Assembly (NCBI GenBank): GCA_036172245.1
Contig: JAYWIR010000029.1
Location: forward strand, 1,178,001 to 1,242,000
Direction: 5' to 3'
Origin: Raillietiella orientalis
Taxonomy: Eukaryota
Length of the DNA stretch: 64,000 bases
Part shown: positions 11,701-25,099 of the stretch, in pieces
Layout of the letters: every line of letters begins with the position of its first letter
How positions within the stretch are numbered: the stretch's first letter is position 1
The notes under the pieces: generated by a model
The model's input: the letters and a program-made list of their open reading frames with translations, nothing else
What the model was told of the DNA's origin: nothing
The model's database searches: none
Program-made: the position numbers and the translations under genes

Positions 11701-14700
11701 AGAGAGAGAGCAGTGCACTTCCGGAAGGAAGCTCAGTGAAGCGGGAAAAGTGCTCTCCGTTCTCGGGACACGCAGATTCTTTTACCGCGGTCCTGGCTTT
11801 CGTCGGGATGGTTCTGCGCTTGATGATGCTGTCTCGCGCTTTCTCTCTTTTCTCTCTCTCTTGCTCTAGGAGTCTCTGGGGACCAAAGAAGAGTACGTCG
11901 TTACCGTCTCCGGCATGAACCCATGCACGATGCTCCACAGCTCCTCTGGTGTTTTTCTTTGGCACTGGCGCTCGCGGCAAGAATCATCCCGGAGGTTTTC
12001 AGGTTGCGCCAGTTAGAAAGTCGGATACCAGGCAGAAGCAGCGGCATCGCTCTCGTTGGCAAAAAGACAGTGAGGAAGGGAGCGCACTGTTTGGATGCAC
12101 TCGACCCATCTCGGGTCCGTCTCATGTCTTCTTCGACCGAAGAACTGTCCCAATACCGAATCTTCTTTCTGTCCCCCTCTTTTCAAAGCGAATTCGTCCA
12201 GAATTTCTCCAGCCTGCCAATTCGTCCTCCAAGGTCTCGTTGGCCACGATGGAGAGCGCCGTCTGCAGACGGTGGTGGTCCATCGACAAGGCTTGCTCGT
12301 TCGCCGACTCCGCCAAGAGGAAGATTCGTTTTCCAATCCAGTGGAAAGGAATAAAACGGTGGATCGAAACCGAGATCTTTCCTCTAGCAAGGAGGTGCCA
12401 CCGGTCATCGAGCGTCCAACGGTCTACGCGTTCCAGGCTGCGGATTTCTCCGCTTCGCTCTTTCTTCAGCTTGTCCGTTTCTCAGGAATGGAGGCGGCGT
12501 TTTTAAGCTGGGAGGCTTCCTGGTAGCCCTTTGGACTCTGAACTGTTGCATCACATCCCCGGAGGCATCGGAGATGAGCATGCGGATTTCGAGAAGGGCC
12601 GTGTAGAAGGGCAGGAAGACAAGATGGTTAGCTGTTTGCACGTTCCCTTCGACTACCCATTTTCATCCCTTGTCCGCTAGCCAAGGGCTGCGTTCCTCCA
12701 TTATGGGCTCCTTTCCTGAACTTCGCAGGGATAAGACATGAGCACTTTTAAGGTGCGTGTGTGGGAGTCAGGGAGCAAATTAGACGACTCTCTTGACCTG
12801 GAGGCGTGCCGGACCTCGAAGACCGGTGCCACGAGAGTGCTCGCCGCCTGCGCTGACAGCGTTTTCCGCGGTCGCGCGCACTGTGATAAGAGTAGGGAGG
12901 AGTCCTGTGGGAGTCCTCCGGGCGATCCCCGAGGCGATGCACTTCCCTGCGTGTACACAAGGAAACCGGCGGTGGTCGAATTGTTCCAACGACTACTGTC
13001 CATCAGACGGCGACTACCTTGGAATGATACAGGATTACGTGTCATCCCGAGCGCACCGCGGGTGAACGCCGATCTTCTGAAGGGAAGCACGGCCTCTTAC
13101 TGGATCTTCGTAAGCGGAGAAACCTCATGATACTTGGAAGATAGCGGAGGATGGAACGAGTGGAGGAAAAATGAAGAATAGGAGAGGACTGACCTCTCTG
13201 TGCTGAACAAATCTCAAAGGCCCGCGCATCGGGGAGACAAGTTTCTCACCGATTGCGACCCCGAATCCTCCTGACCTTTCGTAAGCACTGTCGATTGGAG
13301 GGGAGCTTCGTTCCGAGAACTTTGGATTGGGTGCGATTCGGATTGAGAATATGTCTCGAATACAGAGTAGATGCTGGTCGGACCCCGGCTTCTTCCTCCT
13401 GTTCTGCCACCAAAGATCGCCAACAAAGAAGCGCCCTCGTGGTGAGGACGAACGAACATCCTCAGCATGGTTGGGACGTAGTTTGCTGCCCTTGCGTAGC
13501 GTTGCGATCCACTCTGCCGCCTTCCGCATCGCAGCAGCTCTCGGGGGAAAGTCCCTATAGCAAGACACTGCGCTTCACGAAAGGGCATATTGCTTGCTTT
13601 CAAGGAGATCTCAGTACACCTGGAGAAATGGCGGTGCTCTGGTAGCATCCTGCAGTAGGAAGTCCGGTATCTCGTGGAACTCCTGGAGATCTCCAAGAAA
13701 GTCCGTCCGTTTTTGAGAACTCAGGAAATTTTCCTCGGGCAAGGCTTCATGTCTCGACCCCGCTGAGGTGGACCCTTTGAATTCTCCAGGTAGTCTCTAT
13801 GCCGCAGGCGAATCTCCGTCTCACTCTTCTCCGACTCGAAAGACAAGAGGTGAGCATCTACAATGATGCTGCATTTCGCTTTAGGAAGATGACTCTTGAG
13901 TCTTCGGGAATCTCTGCGAAGGGAATTCTCTCCAAGTGACTGCTGGGACTTCTGTTGAGGATATGGATTTCTTCCTGTCTTCTTCCAGGCTTCGAGCATT
14001 ACCGCTCGGCGGGAAGCAATAAATCCGAGTGCGCTCTTCAACCAAAGCCTCAGGGACTTAACCAGACCCTCAACAGAACCCTTGATGGTCTCAGGCATGC
14101 GCGACGGCAAGGGAGAAGAGAGACGAGTCCATCACGGAAGGCAACATTATGTGCAAGAGTGCTCTCCAAGAAACAGTAAGAGTCGCTCATGTCCTTCATG
14201 AGGACCAGTGTCCGTTGGGATACCTGTACTTCCTTCCATCCTCTCTGCGGAGAACCAAGGGTCCAAACCTCCGTGGGATAGCTATTCGAATCCCCAGGAC
14301 CGAAGCAGAGCTCCACAAGACTTCCCGCTTAAGACTTGGCTACTCGAAAGTGGAGTGGCTGTAGGTTTCCATGACGGCTTGGCGCGTGAAGCTCCCGCGC
14401 AAGAGCAGGAGACGATCTACTCAACAGAGAGATTCGGAATGATGGAGCAGAGGTCGAGTAAAAGAAAAAGGATGACAGAATATGAAGCAAACAGAGGGGC
14501 CAGCAAGAGGAGGAAAGATCAATGGGTGTGGGAAACTTGGATTCCAGGGTCAGCCGCACCTTCGATTCAGCTTCTGCAAAAGCTGGAGGAACATCAACTC
14601 ATCCCGTCTTCTCTCTTCTCGGCCATTCGTCGCGGCTGCGTATGGAACGCGCCCGATGGCAGTCTAGAGATGAAACAGAATGCAACCACAGAGACTCCAA

Positions 14701-17700
14701 GAAGGGGGCATTAGCAGCTGCTCCCAGAGAGGAGATGCAACAGCAGCTCCTAGATCCTGGGGATGGCAGCGTGGGAGGGATTTTCGCATGGAGCAGTGGC
14801 CAAGTTTGAACTTCGAGCAGTCTGTGGAGTTGGACACTTGCCATCGAGTAGACTTCCGGTTTCTTGAGTCCATCAGAAAGTACCGTCTTGACCTCCAACA
14901 ATGCAGAGATGTGAGAAGCCAGAAGCACTGGACTTTCCAGAGCTTCGCTTTGATCTTCGCCAAAGCGATTCAGGCCTTCCGCGCCTAGCAAGCTGAGTCT
15001 CTGCTCCGCAAGCGGAACCCAGACACCATTACGTGGCAACCACAGAAAGACAGGAATGTTCCCATGCTTTCGGTCGCCGGGAATTCCTTGAGCGATTTCC
15101 AGCGAAACGCCTGAAGGATCGCGTAGAAAGGGGGAAAAGGAGAGGAATCCACTCCCAGCAAACTCTTCCCAGCTCTTGACCTGCTCAGAAACGTTCATGT
15201 TCCGCCCCACACCTCTTAAGCAAGAATGGGGAAAAGAGGACGTTCTTTTAAGACTTAGGACTTTTCTGTGACTCCTCATTCACTTCCGAAAGCGTGGACA
15301 GATGGTCGCGGAGGTCACCAGAAGCACTGCCTCCTTACACTGAAACAGTGCTGGATGAGAGCCTCTGGAACAGCTGCAGGCATCGTCCCTATCTTCCCAC
15401 CTTCCGCCATGTTTGAGACGTTCGACCAGGTCCTCACCAGAGGTCCGCCAGAGACGTCCTCTACGAGCCTGCAAGCTCTTTGCCGTGTGCGGCGAAGCTC
15501 CAAGAGCCTAAAAGTGAAGATGAAAAGGAGAGAGAAACATCTTATGGTGGTGGACAGCATCCTTCCCTCCTGATCCCCTCAACGAGACGCAGATGCCTAA
15601 AGAAGGGGCAAGGGATTCTTTGACGACATCAGTCAGGACTCGAGGACTCCGGGCTTTGGATGGAAAGCTCAGCTTCCACGTAGATGAAAAAATCCGAAGA
15701 GACCGAAAGCGCTTGGGAGAAAACCTGGACGAGGGGGATTGCCGTGGAGTCCGAAGCGAAGGAAGAAGCTGTCGTCTGGACACCGGCGGGAGAGTAAAAT
15801 TCCCGCGCATAAACACCCACAGGAACCATTTGCAAGCAAAGGGGAGCAGCTCGCAGCCGCTCATCATAAGTAGGGGAAAGGGTGAGGAGGCCAAGTGCTT
15901 GGCGAGGAGCCTCTGGAAGAGCCCGTCTTTTCAAGCAAATGACACGCTTCAACCGCGAGAGGGAGGGCTGATCATCTCGGCGGTGGATGAAGGTGGCCTC
16001 ACAGCAAGAAGAAGGAGCACGAAGACAGCAGTGGGCAGTCGAGTCTGCGGCTCTCTCTTCGAGCTTCCTCTTTCGGAGGAAGAACCCGTTCAGTGGGGGG
16101 GAGGGGAGGGTGAGATGGTATACTACGCGGCGGTCTCCCTGGCAAACTCCTCGAGAGAAGCACGAATGCCGGAGGGGGCTGAATAGCTGACGAGGAAACA
16201 GGAGCGCATACCGAGACCAAGGCTCCATCTTCCCCCCCTTCAAGGAATGAAAGGTTTTCTTTCGGGATGTGGATCCTCTTCCTGTTCCCACCTGCTCTCT
16301 CCCTTTCAAACTGCTTTAGGAGATGCCGACCCTCGACCACTCCTTACAGGGAGGCGTCCGCGACCTCTGAGACTTTTCACCATCATTTGAAGACAGCTGG
16401 AGCCTCATCAGGGTTGTTGCGAGAGGAATTTGGCGGCCCAGAAGTGATGCGGGATGTGGAAAGGAGACTAAGGAGAGGGGAAATGGACCAGTGATGGCTT
16501 CAGTTGCAGCACGCACCACCGTCACCACACCGAAGGGCTTATGAGTACCAATGGTGGCTCAAAGCCCATAGGCAAAAGGTTGAGGTCGAGAAAGAGCACG
16601 TCTGGGTCTCCTCCCCCAGATATCGAGTTCTCTCGAGCCTCCTTTCCCTAAAACGAGGGCCTCCCTGAGATCACTCACCATGGGATGCGCAGCTTCCTTT
16701 CTTGCAAAGACGAGGTGAACGCGAGACGAAGCGCTTAGAGAGCAGCAAACTCCTTTCTCCTGGCCATTTCCATGCTCCGAGGCGTGTGGGAGGCGGATTA
16801 CCATGGATTCCTTGAGTCGCATGCCAGACTCTCGTGCTCCGTGGGACAGCGAAACTGTTGCCCGAGCAACGGGAACTGCGCCTCTTCAGTGGCAACTCGT
16901 AATCGCGCAGGCACCGCGTGAATATGGGTCAACACCTAAACAACACACTAGATGAGCAAAAAAACTACTGAGCAAAGAGATTCATCTTTGAGGCCTTCCT
17001 CATAAATCGCTGCCATCATTCCCTGTCATGATGAGTGTCAGGTTCCCAGGTCACGAGTGTTTCTGTTTTCGCCTCGTGTACGTCAGATTTTCAGGGACGA
17101 ACACAGAAATGATGAGGATGAAAAAAAGTCGTGACAAACCAGTGCTGTTCCTGTCCAATGCACCTCATCACCTGACGGCTACATGAAACTCTGGCACGTC
17201 AATCCCCCACCTACAGCCAAAGGAAAATCGTTTTGGAACTCGCTTGCCTTTCCTCCAAAATCTTCACAGAGTGCCACCTGCGGATAGGGGCCCTCCAGTC
17301 TCCATTGCGGAACATCATCCAAATGCTCTGGAGCACAACACACCCAGAGATTGCTTCCCACCTCTTTTCCGGCTTCTTTTGGTGCGCTTTGAAACGGCTT
17401 GTTCGGAGGACTCTGGCGGACATCCGACTCAGCTTCTTGCAAGTCCTTGCTCCGAGCTCTAGCGGCTCTCGGGCCCCACCCAGCGAGTCCCGCCCGTAAC
17501 CCGAGAGTGGCGCCACTCGCCGCTCGAACTTTCCAAATGTACCCTCGCTAAGAATGCTGTCAGGATCTCATTTCCTCTTCAAAGAGTTTGCTCTTTCGCG
17601 TTTCGATGCAGAAACTTTTAATTGGGTTCGACCGGCTGGGAACTCCTATCACCCTCTAATGTGCCCGTGACCCGAAGCAACCTCCCAGCTTATCAGGAAT

Positions 17701-19040
17701 GCTTCACATCTGCACGCGCTCAGCATGCGCATCCACCTCTCCTGTCTAATTGTTCTCCAGGCGAAGGGAAAGTTGGAACGCTGAACCACTTTTTCTACAT
17801 CCTGCTGCGCTCCCGAGGAAACCTGCCCGTGCGCGCCCGTTCTCGAACTCGTTTCTCAGGACGCAGAACCCGTGCATCCTCCCTGCGACGGCCACGGAGG
17901 TCTTCCGACGGAAGTTCAGAGGCTTGCCCTCGCGGTACACGACGCGGCACGCGTGCTACAGACCGTCTTGGTGAGCTCCGTAGACTGCCGGTGGGGTTCG
18001 CTCTCCTGCCCAGAGGCGAAGAACAGAGGATGCATTTTGCCGTGCATCAGGTCTCTTCTGCTGAAATCTTCGCTCTTTTCTGAGACGCATCATGGACCAG
18101 TCTCCGAATACTTTCCGTCATTCACCGAGGCATCCTGAGCCACCCCTGAGTAGCCGGGACAGCAGCAGGAAAGTACCGCCAACTCTTTTTCGTCATCGGC
18201 ATTGCCTTCACCCGCTGCAGAAAGAAGAGCATATCAAGCTCTTCCCCATCAATCAGTTCCGCAGAACCCCAAGGTGCCAACGCAGAGCGAAGCTGAATTG
18301 AATCTTCTCCATTGGAACCATTTAAGAGAGGCCATCCCGGAGCACTGGTTCACAAGTGATCTCTTTAGGGTGACTCAGTTTCAGGAAGGCTCCAAGATGA
18401 TCCGGAAACAGAGCCAATCATTGCAGAGATCGGAACCATGACAAGCTCTTCGTCCGCAACACGCGTGCAGCCCCCGGAAACTGTTCCATGAAACCTACTA
18501 GCTCCTTGCGCACCAGGGGTTCTCCAAAACACCAGCTCGGCTCACACGCTGAAGCACAGCGAATCAGAACTTTTGCAAGAACATCATTCCACTCGGTTTC
18601 TCTTGCACAAACATGTTATGCAGCCTCAGAGGATCTCATGGACCAGTTTCTGCTCTCTGCTTAAAATGCCACGCTCCAGTTCGGCGCTACCTTTTGTGAT
18701 TCCACCTTGGGAGCAAACGAAACAAACAAACGCTCCTTTTCTGGCACTGCCAGCCCAAGAGAAAGAATTCCCTGGTCGCGACCGGGTATGCAAGAGTCTT
18801 TCGCCTGCGCATGCAGGGATGGTGGTGCGCCACGCATGAGTGACTTCACGTGGTTAATGGTAGGCTAATTAAGCGCGGTAGTTTTTACGGGCAGCGCAGC
18901 ATTTCGTCAGGGATCATGTGGCAATACTGCAAAGTGGATTGGTTTTCTGTGGCTCCGTTTCGCGTGACCCCTCAGCCGAGAATTCACCTCCCCCTTCAGC
19001 TCCACACGAGCCAGGAAGTCCGCGCGCGCGCGCTCTCTCT
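11701..19040. mobile_element. Putative decayed Polinton/Maverick-like element with degenerate (AG)n...(CT)n inverted termini
   Basis: Left end AGAGAGAGAG..ACTTCC..TGAAGCGGGA..GGGACACGC resembles the reverse complement of the right end AGAGAGAG..ACTTCC..TGAAGGGGGA..GGGTCACGC. It contains an integrase relic and other decayed ORFs. No TSD was found. Confidence 0.3.
11900..13700 (-). pseudogene. Degenerate retroviral-like (rve) integrase of Polinton/Maverick type
   Basis: Ordered motif remnants across frames: FFVGDLWW..QHLLCIRDIFS (cf. WQADL..YLLTCIDVFS), EKLVS (cf. KLQTD), EQFDHR (cf. ERFNRT), SYHS (cf. YHST), FEVRH (cf. FKVGD), PFYTALL (cf. FYxxEL), FGIGTVLRSKK (cf. chromodomain-like YxIEKVL). 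Confidence 0.45.
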
Positions 19041-19859
19041 TTGGTGAGGTGTGGTTCCTAACGCGAGGGAGATGTCCCGTGGTTAGGGAACTCAGTGCTC
19101 ATCGCCGGAACACTGTTTGCAGTCAGCTCTTCCTGGGAGCAAAGCACAGAGCCGGTGAGAAAGGAAGACTAAGAACTCTAAGGATGCAAACAAACGACCA
19201 CAAAAAAAAACAATACAGGAAAACTGCGGGACCCCGAGGGCAACCCCAGAGACACTCTGAAGCCCCCCTTCCTGTGCGACGCCCTCACTCCGGCCGCGTT
19301 CCTCCGCGGATCATGGCTGCATGGAGCAACGCAAGAGGAGGCCAAAACGATAGGGATGCCATCTATTTTGCTGTCCTCTTCATGAAGATAACGTCAAGAA
19401 GGCCATATCTTGGAACTTGTCAGCATCCTTACGAGGATGCCCTCGAGCACCCGGTGATCCCTTCCCGAACCCCTCCATTTTTTTCTGTATATATTTTTTT
19501 GCTTGCTTTATTTTTCTATTTGTTTGTCTCCCCTTCCCCTGTGCTTCCGAGGCGAACCTCGCTGGCCTGGGCGCCATTTCTCGACAGGTTCCTTTTTGTA
19601 CATTTATGACGTGGCAGGACCAAGTGTCCTTCCACGGACTTCTATCTTTATTTTATAAATAAACGCTCTAGTGCAACCGGGTCTCCCCTCCCCTCAAAAA
19701 AAAAAACCCCAGCAGCCAGCCACCACGGACGCTTCCACGAGGATAGAGCAGAGATCTTCTAACGGGAAAAGATGCAGGAAAGTAGCATTAGCAAGTTGAG
19801 CACCTGCACAGCATCCTTGGAAAAAAAAAAAGGGAAAAGAAAAAAACGAGTAGGTTGTG

Positions 19860-22740
19860 ACGAGCATTTCATGGATGGGCTGATGGCTTTCGCAGCCTAG
19901 AAAATTTTCCAGCCTGAAGATTGAAAGAAGCACAGATTTTAGGCATCACCGTATCCCAGGAATGATGATCATCTAGGATGAGTAGTTGCCAGGCGTTCCT
20001 GACGCTTCTCTCCTGACCACTCGTGTGCAGCGCTCGGAGAGCGTAGCGCAGGTGCCCGAGGTGTTCGAGGAGGGAATTCTCCGAACAGTGCACATGACCG
20101 TGGGCAGCGGCCTCCCGCAGGCAGGTGTACCATTCGAACCATCATCCTTGCCTGCAGTGGAGCCTTGGTCCTCCCCACAGTAGCCGCCGCAACCCCACCA
20201 CCCCTACCATTCGTCAAGCATGAGTGCATCTTGCAAAATACTCTGGAGAGTCCTTTGGCTGAGGAGAGCAGGAGATTCGCTCAACCTGCAGGGCGTTTGC
20301 TGGTACTGGCAACCCTCCACTGCCCTCTTCCTGATGGACTGCACATTCCTCGGCTGCCTTGCCTCGAGCCAGTCCCCTGCCTGGTCTGGAGCGGTCACGG
20401 GTAAAGGACGGAACTATGGCAACCACGTTTCCATTCCTATTTATTGGAAAGGGATGGGCGAGCTCCAACAGCAACAACCGCAAGCGACAAACCCCCCAGC
20501 GAGTGTCACGGGCTGACAACCGGTTGTGCGGTCTCTTCGGCTTTGGGAGGAGGCGGCGGCGCTGGCGTAGCGGCCGACGACAATACTGGTAGCTGCTGCG
20601 TCCGCCAGGGGCGCTGCCAGCGCTCCTGAACGACTTGCACTCCGGGAGTCGCCGCCGCCGTTTCTCCCCCCGCGTGCGGGGGATTGGGCGGATGCTGCAG
20701 ATGCCTCGGAGAGGAACCGTCCATTCCGCCTCGGAGAGGTACCGGTGACGTCCGTGAGGGGGAGGAAGAGATGGAGGTGTTCCCGGAGCTTCTTAACAGC
20801 TCTACTAAAATCCAGGCTCTACTAAATCGGCGGAGCACCTTCGGGCGTGTGCAGGCCCCACGGATGCCCTCCCAACCGCCGAGCTGCCTTCCCTGGACCT
20901 CTGCGGTGCCGGAAGTGAGGATAGGGACCCCGACTTCTGTTGCCTACGGAAAGAAATGGGTGTTTCCGCCTGAAGCCAGCTCCCCTGCTTCCCCCAGTCT
21001 CTCCAGGCGCTCTAGGCTCGTGAGGTCGCCTGAGGGACCCCACCAAGTCACGTTCGTTCCGTTCCCATCCCGCGAAGCCAGCATACGGGAGAGCAGAGCA
21101 GGCGGGCGCAGGACAGGGAGAAGAACGATCCGGGTTCCCTGTACTCGGGAAGGCAGCGCCTCCTGCAGATGAATCTCTCCTTACACGGCCCACACACGTC
21201 CCGCCCCAACCTGCAGCCACTTAGTTTCCAGAAAGTTCCTTACGCAAAGACCGGAGAAGCTCCGCTCTCTTTATTGCCGCAGCATAGTGGAGTGCCCTCC
21301 TCCATTCGTCGGCATCCTAATGGTCCCGAGACTATCCCGAACCCACTGGAGACGGAAGGACTGGTCGGAACGACCTCTGCATCCTCTGTGGCGCCGGCAC
21401 CCTTCGGTGCGACAGCAGGAGAGTCCCGCGGCTATCTGTGACTTCTGTTGGATTGTCTCTCCGGAGGCCAAGGGCGCCACCTCCCGGACGCTCCTCCTTA
21501 GGGATGGGTAGGGGATCCTCTCCCCTGGAGACTTTTCCCCGGATCCCTCCCGTTTCAGAGCGAGAGGGAGGGAGGGAAGCGGTGGAACAAAGACGTGTTG
21601 AGTAGGCGTCAGCATGGCTGGCAGAGGGGAGCGCTCCGGCTTGGTCGAGCTCCGCCTCCCATGGGAGCGGCCTGGGGGACGGAGAGGATAATCCCGCGTC
21701 CATCTCACAGGCGGCTGTCTTATCAGCGGGAGGGCGCGGTAGTCTTCACCCGGAAGGTCGTCGGTCGACCTCTGAATGGAGTTTGATGGAGAGAAGGGGA
21801 CAGGAGTGTAGAGCGGGCGCCACCTTTGGAATGGCGGCTCGCAGCCCTTCATGCCAGAGACTGCAGTCCTGTGTGCTCTATCCCTCCGTCCTGTTGTTTG
21901 ACCCGCTTCGATGTCCTCCTGGTGCTGCGGATCGCAACGCTCTGCCTATGCTGCCGCAAGGAACCTGACAAGGGAAACCATTCCCATGGAGTTTCGTTCC
22001 GGAACTTCCGGGAGTTCCCTTCCCTTTTCCTAAGACGCCCTGATCAGGAGTAGTTCCCGATCCGTGCACACTGGAGAGTCGCATGGAACAACCTCGGAAG
22101 GCGGCCTTGGAAATAGCGGAGGGAAGATGCCATCTTGCCTAAAAAGAGCCCATTGGCATTCCCGGAGTGGGGGTGGCAGCAGGCGGTCCGAAGGCAGAGA
22201 GAAATGACTCCCCTTCTCGGCCGTGGAGGAAGGAACAAAAGGGGGGAGAGGGAAGATAAAGGAAGAGGGGGGTCGAGCGGGAGAGGTGAGGGTTCCCCTG
22301 GCTGGGGCAACTCTTCAGGGATGTCCATGCCGAACGTCCTCTGTCCTTTCTCCTGGAAGCAGCTGGTTCCCTCCCTAACTCAGGTCTCAAAAGTAGGGCC
22401 AGGAAGGGGTCATCCTCATTCGTCCTCGAGAAGGTCCCTTGCCTCTATCTCAGAAACGGAAGCTAAAAACTCTGGACCGGATGTTCAGTGGAACCACCTG
22501 GCCATCTGGAGGGGATTCCCTAAAGTGAAGACGCCTCCCGATGAGGGCTGGAGCGAGGGCAGGGACTCCTCCTTTCCTCCTCCCCCACAACACACGTGCG
22601 TGCCCCATCTTGCAGGCATCCACCCGGGACCAACCTGTTTCCCTGTCACTCCCATCCAGACCCCGTCCTTCCCCTCTTCCCTCATTCCAGGCAATGCCTA
22701 GGGCACGAAGCTCCTCGTGGAACAAGAAGCGATGCATTTT
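19860..22740 (-). mobile_element. Ty3/Gypsy LTR-retrotransposon pol relic (RT-RNaseH-integrase), heavily decayed
   Basis: Remnants occur in Gypsy order. RT: LIGRRLH..PYF*DLS*GGNQL (~22350-22600). RNaseH: HADAYS (cf. TDAS), ERIPY..REVAPL, SDQS..LQWV (cf. TDHxxLxWL). Integrase: H..PHAGG..VQERWQRP, then LAHPFPINRNGNVVAIV, WLEA, HLRYALR. LTRs were not found. Confidence 0.55.
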
Positions 22741-22768
22741 TCAGGAGTTGGAAAGCAAGAGACGCCTC

Positions 22769-24150
22769 CTACGCCTCGTTTCTCTTGGGATCGTACTTCA
22801 GGAAGAACACTTGAGGTGCCGCGGGCTTGGGAGTTGGTCCGGTGGTCAGGAGGGGCAGCTGTGGCTTCTGGGCATTCGGCTGGAGGAGGTAGACCAGGGT
22901 GCGGACCTCGGGCCCGCCGGCGATCGCAGGCAAGTTCAAGGCAGGAACGTTGGGAGCGGGCGCTTTGATGAAGAGGATCTTATAGTGCAGCTCATTCTTG
23001 ATGTCGGTCCCCAGCTGGATGGGCGGGGCCGGGGACTCATCGGGGACCACGTAGGCGAACACGTGCTTGTGCACTTCTTGCTGGGGCTCTCCAGAGGCGA
23101 ATCCCAGTGCGGAGGAGGAGGAGGAGGAGTACGCCTCTGCCGCCTGAGGCGGTGCCCCTAGCGGGGGCCCCCGCGAGTAGGGCGAGCGACCTACGCCCAG
23201 CCTCTGCGCCAAGGACGCCGCGATCTGCATTGCTACCAGCAAGGATACGAACTGGAAGAGAGATACGTCCAGCAGGAAAGGGAATCCTTCCCCCCCCTCT
23301 TCCCCTTCTTCCCACCAATCCCGCCGTCTTCCCAAAACTCGCTCCCGCGGGACTTCCGGTCTCGAAATCCTGCCCTTTGGACCCATCGCGGGAAGCACCC
23401 GGGATCTATCCCCTCCTATCCCTCACGAGGAGGGTCAATGGAAGAGAAAGAGGAGGGCGGCCGAAGGCCTCGTCCAACCGACGGGGAAGTGACCTTAGGG
23501 AGGGGGGAGTCGAGGTAGAGGAAGGCCGCTGCGGCGGGCGGGACAGCACGGGCTGGGAACAGGGGAGGCTCCGGGCTCTCTTCTCTCAGACGTCTGCAGC
23601 TTCCTCCGGAGAGAGGTCGCAGTGGCGCCTCGGGGGTCCGCGGGACGAGCGCCCACTCTGACCACACTCCCTTCCCGGCCACGCAGGAGTGGGAGGAGGG
23701 AGACAAGGCCCTTTTGTCTGCTTTTCACCTCCTCCTCTCCTTGGAGGCACCCACTCTTCGACCTCAACCTCGCCGAGAGGACTCCCGAGGCGCATCTTCT
23801 TCTCCTTACGGGGGTGGCCGAGGTCACGGAGCGCAGGCAGGCGGAGCAAGGAGCAAAGAAGAGTTGTCTGGGGAGGGGGGGAGGGAGAAGGTGCTTCTCA
23901 CGCGGTCCTTTCGGGGATGCGGGACTCTCTGGAGAGCCAGTCCCTGGCCGGCGGGAAGTCAGGAGGGTGCGCGCTGCCGGTTCACAGGGATCGAGATGGC
24001 CAGGAGGCGCCAGGACCAAAGAAAGAAAGCCGTCGGCCGAAAGACCGCGGGGGAGGCCGCCGGTGCAGCTTTTCTTTTTGTTGGTCTCCCTTGCTGCGGG
24101 AGGGTCCCACGGGAGAAAGGGCAGCGCAGACGTACCTGGGAAGAAAACAT
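22769..24150 (-). CDS. Tweedle-family (DUF243/DM5) secreted cuticular protein, ~165 aa; exons 24150-24136 and 23251-22769
   Basis: Exon 1 ATGTTTTCTTCCCAG|GTACGT, acceptor CTCTTCCAG before 23251. Signal peptide MFSSQ-FVSLLVAMQIAASLA. Blocks HKHVFAYV, LHYKILFIKAP, RTLVYLL, PQVFFLKY. Confidence 0.9.
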
Positions 24151-24238
24151 CCTGCCGTTCCTGTTCCCGTGTTTCTTCCTCTCGGTGAGATGACAGCCGC
24201 TTCCAGCACCAGACTAAGAGGGATGGGGATGCAGCAGC

Positions 24239-24245
24239 TTTTATA
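24239..24245 (-). promoter_or_regulatory. TATA box of Tweedle gene 2
   Basis: TATAAAA on the minus strand, followed ~25-30 nt later by an Inr-like TTAGT, ~90 nt upstream of the ATG at 24150. Confidence 0.7.
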
Positions 24246-25099
24246 CGCGCTTGGCCAAAGGTCACACCGCAACTTGGAGCGGCACTCTTCAGGCGAATTC
24301 CGAGAGAGTTCCTGTTCCTGGAGCATCTCGGCGCCTTCTTCTTCTCCTTGCCGCTTCTATTTTTAGCCCTCCCTTTTTTCTTTCCGGCAGAGTTCCGGCA
24401 TGGAGCCTCTGATGAACGAGGAAGTCAAGGATGCTGAGCAGAGACCTCACGGACCACCAGAGCACCCCGACCTTCTGTCCCCGCTGCTTGCCTGCCAGGA
24501 TTCGCCCCTGCGAGAGGCGTCCCTCCCGAGCGGAGAAACCGCACGGGGGTGCAGGGGGGAGGGAGGAGGGCAGGTCGAGCTGACACGCGGAAGCGAGCGG
24601 GGCGACGAGGGTTATTCTCGCGTGGGTGGGGCGCGCGCGCGCGCGTACACGGAGCGGACACTCACAAGGGCGAGAAGAGACCGACTTTCCCCTCCTCCTC
24701 CTCCTCAACCTCCCTGTCTCGTCCCCGTCGCCTCCACTCTTCCTTCCTTCCCGTCCTCCTCCGGAATTTTCCCGGAGGAGCACGGACCCGCTTGGCTGGA
24801 AGTGTGCCCAGGACCGCGAGGGCATATCCAGACCCCAGCAGCGCCGCCGTGGCAGCGGCAATGGGGAATCCCGCAGTCCCGAAAACGAGAGCGGGAGAGC
24901 AGGACGGGGGGCGTGATGCAGGGAAAGGGGGTGCGAAGAGGCGTCCAAGGTCCAAAGACCGGGTCCGGGTATGTGCAGCTCACCGTGCAGTGGGAACGGG
25001 GAGGGGAAGGGGGGGGGTTGGCAAGGCAGAGGCTCATCTCTGCCTGACAAGAGAAAGGGGGGTGGCGGGACCCTGCACTGCGCCGAAGATGCGGAAGTG

